From the IMG/VR virus record IMGVR_UViG_3300025782_000011, positions 2,214 to 66,213 of that record: a stretch of 64,000 bases of DNA, one strand, 5' to 3'. The number at the start of each line of letters is the position of its first letter. The first letter of the stretch is position 1. This document shows, piece after piece, positions 57,066-64,000 of the stretch. The notes beneath the pieces were generated by a model, which did no database searches, had not been told where the DNA came from, and saw only the letters and a list, made by a program, of their open reading frames with translations. This DNA comes from a virus. The position numbers were made by a program, and so were the translations under genes.

Positions 57066-58058
57066 ATGGCAATAACAGCAATCCAACAAGTGCTAACACT
57101 TGACTATTGGAAAAGAGCAGACAAAGTAAAGATTGGCGATTATGTTTTTAACAAGGACGGCGAGATTGTCCAAGTTAAACTCGTCCAGCATTATTATGCC
57201 AATGAATGTTATGAAGTGACTTTTGATGACCATCTCACTATTCGTGGAGATAAACATCTAGGATTTTTAATCCAAGATAGAAATCATCGAAAGCAATTAG
57301 ATGCTTATAAAAACATCAGGCCATTTAAACGACAGTTGAAGTTTACTAAATTGGAAAACTTAATCGATCTGTCATTGAAAGATAAAAGAGGTCGCACTAA
57401 GTATTCAATACCTACGACGAAACCCATAGCGTTTCCTCATCAGGAATTAAGCATACCACCTTTTGTGTTTGGTTATTGGCTTTATAACAAAAACAAAAAA
57501 CATCAGATGGTCACAATCCCAGGCTACCAAGATTTCATTTATGAAAAGTTTAGAAGCCATGGATACAAAATTATAGAAGGGCCAAAAAGAAAAAACGGCA
57601 AACGCGTATTTATAACAGAGCCAGCTATTCATTTACAATTGGCTCCGAATATACCAAGCAGATTACCTACAAATTATTTGTTTGCATCTGTAGAAGAACG
57701 CATCGAATTATTGACTGGCATCATGCATGCTAAGTCAGCGCAATATGAAAAAAGAAATGACAGGTTTAGATTCTCATCTAGGAATTTAAATGTTGTGGTG
57801 CAGATTCAAAGTTTAGTTGAATCGTTAGGCTCAAAGACATCCATTCTGTTTAACCCAGCTCGAAATACATACACATTGTATTTTAAGTTTAGGATTAAGA
57901 TTATGGATATCCAAAAGTCTCCACCCATCAAAGTGTATCCAAGTAGAAGATACATTAAAGCCATTGAACCCACACAATCCCAAATGTGTGTTCATATAGA
58001 AACAAACGGACCAGACAACTCAATCCTTGTTGGAGAAGGATTTATACAGACATGTTAA
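57066..58058 (+). CDS. free-standing intein-like protein (Hint plus degenerate LAGLIDADG)
   Basis: Hint N-part VLTLDYWKRADKVKIGDYVFNKDG...CYEVTFDD, middle IPPFVFGYWL...YLFASVEERIELLTGIM, Hint C-part RRYIKAIEP...ILVGEGFIQTC-stop. Confidence 0.75.
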   Translation: MAITAIQQVLTLDYWKRADKVKIGDYVFNKDGEIVQVKLVQHYYANECYEVTFDDHLTIRGDKHLGFLIQDRNHRKQLDAYKNIRPFKRQLKFTKLENLIDLSLKDKRGRTKYSIPTTKPIAFPHQELSIPPFVFGYWLYNKNKKHQMVTIPGYQDFIYEKFRSHGYKIIEGPKRKNGKRVFITEPAIHLQLAPNIPSRLPTNYLFASVEERIELLTGIMHAKSAQYEKRNDRFRFSSRNLNVVVQIQSLVESLGSKTSILFNPARNTYTLYFKFRIKIMDIQKSPPIKVYPSRRYIKAIEPTQSQMCVHIETNGPDNSILVGEGFIQTC

Positions 58059-59491
58059 CAGACAAACAAGAAGCCATACTAAAGAAGTTTGCAGAAACTC
58101 ATAAGCACTGGCCAAAGCAGCAACTTGATGCTGCATTGTGGCAAGTCAAGTGGGCGCTTCAAGCACTCCCTCATCAACGCGAACCAGAAGATGGCGAGTT
58201 TGATACCTTCCTTATGTTAGCAGGACGGGGATCAGGAAAGACTCACACAGCCTCTCACTGGATCGGCATCCGTGCGTGGAAATATAACAACACTCGCTGG
58301 TTAGTCACAGCACCAACCTCAAACGATATTCGTGCAACATGTTTTGAAGGTGACTCTGGTCTGCTCAATATTATACCATCATCTTTAATCAAAGACTACA
58401 ACAAATCATTATTTGAAATTACTTTAACCAATGGATCATTGATCCAAGGTATCCCTGGTTCAGAACCAGAACGTTATCGTGGTAAGCAATTTCATGGCGC
58501 ATGGTTTGACGAGTTGTGTGCGTTTGAGTATTTAGATGACGCATACGATGGTGTTCAGTTTACGCTTCGTCTTAAAGATCCAAGAATCCCTCGCGTTCAG
58601 CAGATCATTACCACAACACCAAAACCAAAAGAACTGATCGTTGACTTAAACGAAGGTAAAGTTGGTGGTGATGTGTATGTCGTCAACGCATCATCATACG
58701 ATAACAAACAACACTTATCCGAAACCTTCTTCAAACAGTTAGAAACATACGATGGCACAGACATCGGTCGTCAAGAGATCTATGGTGAGATCCTAGATCC
58801 TGAACAAGCTGGTATTATCAAACGTAAGCAGTTTAGATTATGGCCTGCAAATAAGCCAACACCTAACTTGGAATATGTAATTGCCAGTTACGATCCGGCA
58901 ACATCTGAAAAAACAATGAACGACCCAACGGCATGTACGATATGGGGTGTGTTTGAACAAGAAGATGCAGGCACATCTATAATCTTACTCGATGCTTGGG
59001 ACGGACACTTAGCTTATCCAGAACTTCGTCGCAAAGTCATTGATGACTTCAAAGAAGTTGTCTATGGAGCTGATAACGATTTCGGAAAAGGAAGAAAAGC
59101 CGATCTCGTATTGATGGAAGATAAGTCAGCTGGTATCTCACTCATTCAAGAACTACAAGGTTCAGGCATTGAGGTGCGAGGTTACAATCCCGGTCGTGCT
59201 GATAAAGTTCAGCGTCTTAATATTGTAGCACCTATCATAGCGAAGGGCAAGGTTTATATTCCAGAAGATCCTGAACGACCTGGCGAATATGCAGACTGGG
59301 CAAAACGTTTCTTGCGCCAAGTGTGTTCATTCCCAGAAGCGGGCGGTCATGATGACTATGTAGATTCTTTATCACAAGCGCTACGTGTATTGCGTGACTC
59401 AGGATGGATTCAATTAGATCCATTACCTGCGCGTGATTATTCGTACGCAGATGACCGATCCAAACGATTTGAAAATCCGTATGCGATGTAG
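58052..59491 (+). CDS. terL: terminase large subunit
   Basis: Walker A AGRGSGKT, Walker B WFDE, ITTTP, nuclease YDPA...HDDYVDSLSQ. Start 58052 is coupled to the upstream stop. Confidence 0.92.
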   Translation: MLTDKQEAILKKFAETHKHWPKQQLDAALWQVKWALQALPHQREPEDGEFDTFLMLAGRGSGKTHTASHWIGIRAWKYNNTRWLVTAPTSNDIRATCFEGDSGLLNIIPSSLIKDYNKSLFEITLTNGSLIQGIPGSEPERYRGKQFHGAWFDELCAFEYLDDAYDGVQFTLRLKDPRIPRVQQIITTTPKPKELIVDLNEGKVGGDVYVVNASSYDNKQHLSETFFKQLETYDGTDIGRQEIYGEILDPEQAGIIKRKQFRLWPANKPTPNLEYVIASYDPATSEKTMNDPTACTIWGVFEQEDAGTSIILLDAWDGHLAYPELRRKVIDDFKEVVYGADNDFGKGRKADLVLMEDKSAGISLIQELQGSGIEVRGYNPGRADKVQRLNIVAPIIAKGKVYIPEDPERPGEYADWAKRFLRQVCSFPEAGGHDDYVDSLSQALRVLRDSGWIQLDPLPARDYSYADDRSKRFENPYAM

Positions 59492-59521
59492 GGCGGAAGA
59501 AACTAATAATTTGCATTAGTA
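59491..59521 (+). promoter_or_regulatory. phage promoter motif GGGCG-N16-TGCATTAGTA
   Basis: Exact motif upstream of the portal gene. Confidence 0.75.
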
Positions 59522-59559
59522 GGCTTAGGTACCAATTTATAACTATATACTCATAATTT

Positions 59560-62385
59560 ATGGCAAATCCAAAAATACCTCTTCAGATGGGCACTAACTT
59601 ACCAGAACTAGATTCTAGGGAAGATGATATTCAAGATGCGATTAATCAAGACGCAGAAACAGATGCTATTGCTGAAGCACTTGGTTTAGAAGATGATGAA
59701 GCTGAACAAGAAGTGATTGAACTTGATGATGGTTCAGTAGTTATAAATTTCCAAGAAAAATACGGACCACAAAAAGATCCAGAGTTTTATGAAAACTTAG
59801 CTGAAATATTTGATGAAAATGTTTTAGATGCTTTAGCTAATGAATATTTAGATTTTATTGATGTCGACAAAGAAGCTCGCAAAGAGCGTGACAAACAATA
59901 TGAAGAAGGTTTACGCCGAACTGGTTTAGGCAAGGACGCGCCTGGCGGGGCCACCTTTGACGGCGCGTCTAAAGTCGTCCACCCAGTCATGGCAGAATCA
60001 TGTGTTGACTTTGCAGCATCATCTGCAAAAGAATTATTACCACCTGATGGTATTGTAAAATCAAACATCAAAGGTGAAGCAGATTCAGCTAAAGAAAAAA
60101 CCGCAGAACGCAAAGTTAATTTCTTAAACTGGCAACTTACGGAACAAGTACAAGAGTATCGTGATGAGATGGAACAAATGCTCACACAACTTCCACTTGG
60201 TGGATCTCAATTCTTAAAATGGAGATATGATGCGGAACAAAAACGCCCAATGTGCGAATGGGTTCCAATTGACAACATCTTACTTCCATACTCAACAACC
60301 AATTTCTATACATCACCTCGCGTTACAGAAGTACAAGATATTACAGAAGATACATACCTTCAAAGAATTGAAGCGGGTATCTATCGCGATGTCGATGCAA
60401 GTTATACATCAGACGTTCCATTAAACGAACAAACAAGATCAGAACAAGCTAACGATAAAATCGAAGGTAAAGAAAAACCATCTAAGAATATTGATGGCTT
60501 ACGTCGTGTTTATGAAATTACTTGCTTCATTCGATTAGATGATGATTCAATTTCAGAAGGTAAACGCGCACCGTATATTTTAATGGTTGATGAATCAAGT
60601 TCTAAAGTACTTGGTCTCTATCGAAACTGGGAAGCTAACGATGAAAAACTTGAGAAATTGGACTGGTATGTCGAATTTAAATTTATTCCTTGGCGCGGTG
60701 CTTACGCTATCGGTCTGCCTCACCTTATTGGTGGCTTATCTGCTGCTCTTACCGGTTCACTCCGTGCGTTACTTGATGCGGCACATATCAGCAACAGCCA
60801 AACAATGCTTAAACTTAAAGGCGGTCGTATCGGCGGTCAAAGTGATAGGATTGAACCTACACAAGTAATGGAAATTGAAGGCGCTCCTGGCGTCGATGAC
60901 ATTCGCAAGATTGCTATGCCAATGCCATTCAATCCACCATCAAGCACATTATTTAATTTACTCGGTTGGTTATCTGACGCTGCTAAAGGTGTAGTGACTA
61001 CGGCAGAAGAAAAAATTGGCGAAGCTAATAACAATATGCCTGTGGGTACAGCACAAGCACTTATTGAACAAGGTGCTAAAGTATTCTCAGCGATCCATGC
61101 AAGATTACATAGATCACAAGCTAAATCATTAGCCATCATCTCACGTATCAATCATTGGTACTTGAGTGAGATGGACAACGAATCAGGAGAAGAAATTGAG
61201 GTTAGGGACTTTGCTTACAATAACGATGTACGTCCTGTATCGGATCCTAACATCTTCTCGGAAACGCAAAGACTAGCACAAAACCAAGCCATCTTAGAAA
61301 TGGCAAAATCAGCACCACCTAGCATGTTTGATATTCGTGCAATGTATCGCCGAATCATGAAGCAAATGAAGATACCAAACATTGATGAGATTTTACCAAA
61401 TCCACAAGGTGCTAATGAATCTAATCCAGCATTAGAAAACGTGTCAATGACAATGGGTCGTCCAGCAGCGGCGTATCCAGATCAAGATCATATGGCGCAT
61501 ATTAAGATTCATTTGGAATATGCAAACAATCCTGCATACGGAGGAAACCCAGTCATTGGACCGGCATTTACACCGCATGCATTAGAACATATTAAGCAAC
61601 ACTTAACATTACACTATCTACAATCAATGCGTGCTTATGTAGCAGAAGCTGCAGGTGGCAAAGATACATTTAATCTTAACCAAGAAAAACCATTAGATTT
61701 AGAAGCACAACAAGCTTTAGCAATTGCATCATCTATGGTAAGTGAAGATGCAAATATTACAATGCAAACTTATTTACCGCAAATTAATGCATTGGCACAA
61801 AAAGTACAACAAATGCAACAAGCACAGCAACAACAAGCTGCAAATGCTGATCCAACAGCTCAAGTTATCTTGCAAACACAAATGGCTGAGACTAAACGTA
61901 AATCAGAAGAAGCTCAATCACGTATGCAACTTGATATGCAAAAAGATCAACAAACATATCAACTTGAAGTGGCTAAGTTACAACAACAAATGGCAGATCT
62001 ACAAGCGAAATATCAAACACAATCTACCATTGACTCACAACGTAACGCTACACAAATTGCCATGGCAGATCTTAACAATTCATCTAAAGAACGAATTGCG
62101 GAAATTACCGCTCGTGCTGAATTAACTTCTGATCAATTGTTAATGCAACACGAACAAGATCAAACAGCGCTCATGGCATCTCATGAAGCACAAGCAGATA
62201 TTCGCCAACATGGCATCGAAATTGACCAGCAAAACTTTCTCCATCAAGCACAGATGGCACAGCAAGCTGCTCAACAAGCCGCACAAGCGGATCAAGCAAG
62301 AAAGCAACGCATGAGTGAAATGTTGCAAGCACGTTTGCAAAGTCAAGCTCAACAAAATCAACCACAACAACCATCCGAGGAATAA
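59560..62385 (+). CDS. portal protein
   Basis: Follows terL. HPVMAES, PVGTAQALIEQGAKVFSAIHARLH, VRPVSDPNIFS, long Gln-rich coiled-coil tail. Confidence 0.85.
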   Translation: MANPKIPLQMGTNLPELDSREDDIQDAINQDAETDAIAEALGLEDDEAEQEVIELDDGSVVINFQEKYGPQKDPEFYENLAEIFDENVLDALANEYLDFIDVDKEARKERDKQYEEGLRRTGLGKDAPGGATFDGASKVVHPVMAESCVDFAASSAKELLPPDGIVKSNIKGEADSAKEKTAERKVNFLNWQLTEQVQEYRDEMEQMLTQLPLGGSQFLKWRYDAEQKRPMCEWVPIDNILLPYSTTNFYTSPRVTEVQDITEDTYLQRIEAGIYRDVDASYTSDVPLNEQTRSEQANDKIEGKEKPSKNIDGLRRVYEITCFIRLDDDSISEGKRAPYILMVDESSSKVLGLYRNWEANDEKLEKLDWYVEFKFIPWRGAYAIGLPHLIGGLSAALTGSLRALLDAAHISNSQTMLKLKGGRIGGQSDRIEPTQVMEIEGAPGVDDIRKIAMPMPFNPPSSTLFNLLGWLSDAAKGVVTTAEEKIGEANNNMPVGTAQALIEQGAKVFSAIHARLHRSQAKSLAIISRINHWYLSEMDNESGEEIEVRDFAYNNDVRPVSDPNIFSETQRLAQNQAILEMAKSAPPSMFDIRAMYRRIMKQMKIPNIDEILPNPQGANESNPALENVSMTMGRPAAAYPDQDHMAHIKIHLEYANNPAYGGNPVIGPAFTPHALEHIKQHLTLHYLQSMRAYVAEAAGGKDTFNLNQEKPLDLEAQQALAIASSMVSEDANITMQTYLPQINALAQKVQQMQQAQQQQAANADPTAQVILQTQMAETKRKSEEAQSRMQLDMQKDQQTYQLEVAKLQQQMADLQAKYQTQSTIDSQRNATQIAMADLNNSSKERIAEITARAELTSDQLLMQHEQDQTALMASHEAQADIRQHGIEIDQQNFLHQAQMAQQAAQQAAQADQARKQRMSEMLQARLQSQAQQNQPQQPSEE

Positions 62386-62388
62386 ATC

Positions 62389-62598
62389 ATGGCATTAGAT
62401 AAAAATATAGGTTTTAGAAAAGCCTACCAAATTACAGGTGAACCTGGTTATGCTGGTGACACAGCAAAAACAGAAATTGATCCTGGTAAAGGCGGTTCAC
62501 ACAGAGACAATAATTGGAAAATTAGCGCTGGTCAAGCTAAGTTAAAACTTGCTGGCAAAATTGGTCCAAACGAAAACGTAACAGAATACACAAAATAA
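62389..62598 (+). CDS. hypothetical protein
   Basis: RBS GAGGA. Confidence 0.55.
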   Translation: MALDKNIGFRKAYQITGEPGYAGDTAKTEIDPGKGGSHRDNNWKISAGQAKLKLAGKIGPNENVTEYTK

Positions 62599-62600
62599 TA

Positions 62601-62630
62601 GGGCGGAAATCCTAAATTAATGCATTAGTG
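62601..62630 (+). promoter_or_regulatory. phage promoter variant GGGCG-N15-TGCATTAGTG
   Basis: Near-exact motif upstream of the GroES/scaffold operon. Confidence 0.7.
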
Positions 62631-62666
62631 TTTTTATAACGGTCTGTAAAGACTGGGAAAGGATAT

Positions 62667-62858
62667 ATGAAAGACATTATTACTGAGTTAATCGGCTTAA
62701 TTAAAGCTGAGCAACAAAGAATTGCGGAGTCATTAACCGCAGGTCATGCAATCAACATTGAATCTTATCAGCGTTTAGTTGGTAATTATCAAGGTTTACA
62801 AGCAAGTTTAAACTTACTTGATGGTTTGATGACCGAAGATGACGAACAAGAATCATAA
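62667..62858 (+). CDS. hypothetical protein
   Basis: YQRLVGNYQGL type small protein preceding GroES. Confidence 0.6.
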   Translation: MKDIITELIGLIKAEQQRIAESLTAGHAINIESYQRLVGNYQGLQASLNLLDGLMTEDDEQES

Positions 62859-62885
62859 TTTGTAAAAATTAAAGGAGATTGCCGA

Positions 62886-63329
62886 ATGGCAGCATTTGAT
62901 ATTGTAGCAAACGCAGAACCAGATACACGTTCTGAGTTAGAATGTTTTCCAATTGTAGATCCAGGCCTAGAAGTTGCAGGTGATCGCGTGTTAGTTCAGC
63001 TAAGACGTGAAAAATCTAAATCAAAAGGTGGGATTTTATTGGTAGACGAAACGAGACAAACACTTAAATTTAACGAAACTGTAGCAAAAGTCATACAAGT
63101 AGGACCGCTTGCTTACAAAGATCCGTTTACTCTTGAACTATGGCCTGAAGGTCCGTGGTGTAAAGAAGGCGATTTAGTAAGAACAATCAAATATGGTGGT
63201 GATCGCTTTGTTGTTGACGCTGGTGATGATGGCAGTCCTGTCGTTTTCATCACATTACAGGCTCGCGAAATCATTTCTCGCATCAAAAATTTTGAATTTG
63301 CGCAGAAAATGAAAGCGTTTGTTGATTAA
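62886..63329 (+). CDS. groES: GroES-like co-chaperonin
   Basis: GDRVLVQ...SKGGILL...AKVIQVGP...WCKEGD...KYGG. Confidence 0.8.
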   Translation: MAAFDIVANAEPDTRSELECFPIVDPGLEVAGDRVLVQLRREKSKSKGGILLVDETRQTLKFNETVAKVIQVGPLAYKDPFTLELWPEGPWCKEGDLVRTIKYGGDRFVVDAGDDGSPVVFITLQAREIISRIKNFEFAQKMKAFVD

Positions 63330-63353
63330 TTAACTTTGTAGAAAGCTAAAACA

Positions 63354-64000
63354 ATGGCAGAAGATAAAAAAGAACTAAATATTCCTATTAAGGAACAAGA
63401 CGATGGAAGTGTTCTAGCCAAGGTTGCCGATTTACCAGAAGAATTTGATGATGAGGCGCCAAAAGAACAAAAAGAGGGCGGTGAAGTAGAGCAATCTGCA
63501 GATCCAGCACCAGCAGAAGACGATCATGATGACGAAAATGATCAACATGACGAATCTGACGAAGAACCCGATGAAGATGAGCGTGAAAAAATACGTGAAG
63601 CTCGTCGTGAAGAGCGCAGATTAAAAAAAGAACTCGCAAAACAACGTGAGGCATCTGCAAAACACAAAATTACAGCACTTGAGAGACGAAACGAAGAGTT
63701 AGCTCGACGTTTAGCATCACTTGAGAACACAGCAACATCATTCAGACTTAATCAAATCGATAAAACGATTGAAGATGAAGCAACAAAAGTCGAATATGCA
63801 AAAATGAAGATGTTGCAAGCAGCTCAAGCTAATGATGCCGCAGCTCAAATTGAATATTTGGAACAATTGACTGATTCTAAACAAAAACTTCAGCAATTGC
63901 AACATTTTAAGAAACAACAACTCGAAGCAGCCAAGAAGCCAGCACAAAATGTGCCGACTCCTATGGCACAAGATGTTCAATATAATGCCACAAACTGGCT
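63354..64000 (+). CDS. putative capsid scaffolding protein, truncated by window end
   Basis: Reads MAEDKKELNIPIKEQDDGSV..., acidic N-terminus then coiled coil, open to the window edge. Confidence 0.65.
   Translation, partial: MAEDKKELNIPIKEQDDGSVLAKVADLPEEFDDEAPKEQKEGGEVEQSADPAPAEDDHDDENDQHDESDEEPDEDEREKIREARREERRLKKELAKQREASAKHKITALERRNEELARRLASLENTATSFRLNQIDKTIEDEATKVEYAKMKMLQAAQANDAAAQIEYLEQLTDSKQKLQQLQHFKKQQLEAAKKPAQNVPTPMAQDVQYNATNW

Noticed and set aside
57986-58051. Longer terL start, or an intein spliced into TerL
   Set aside because: The intein-like ORF is in a different frame, has its own stop and lacks the terminal Asn. ATG 58052 is translationally coupled and has a purine-rich RBS.
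1-64000. tRNA/rRNA genes, integrase, or alternative genetic code
   Set aside because: No cloverleaf or rRNA-like stretch was seen by eye, no recombinase motifs were found, and genes are intact under the standard code. A tRNAscan-SE run would be needed to exclude tRNAs formally.

Overview
Nearly complete genome of a tailed dsDNA phage with a podovirus-like gene set, about 64 kb, opening at the major capsid gene and ending in the scaffold gene. A phage-borne pqqA points to a Methylophilaceae host (inference). Plus strand 1-32.8 kb: capsid, tail fibres, lysis genes (holin, two GH24 lysozymes), neck and nozzle, and internal virion proteins. Minus strand 32.8-55.8 kb: PolA, class II RNR, SSB, exonuclease, SNF2 helicase, primase-helicase, glycosyl/methyltransferases, sigma factor and early genes. 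Plus strand 56.9-64 kb: pqqA, intein-like ORF, TerL, portal, GroES-like, scaffold. Signals not explained by the ORF track: (1) a sharply bounded ~4 kb segment (52.3-56.3 kb) with a different oligonucleotide vocabulary, lying between a 7-copy 12-bp array and a likely genome end, suggesting a first-injected restriction-evading leader; (2) an apparently split sigma factor (regions 1.2-3 and a region-4-like protein in separate genes) with a recurring GGGCG-N16-TGCATTAGTA promoter motif; (3) a -1 frameshift signal fusing two internal-virion ORFs; (4) two inverted iteron-type elements 9 kb apart; (5) a free-standing degenerate intein before terL; (6) a shared xxxGG motif in putative capsid cargo proteins. 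All counts are by eye; no database searches were run.
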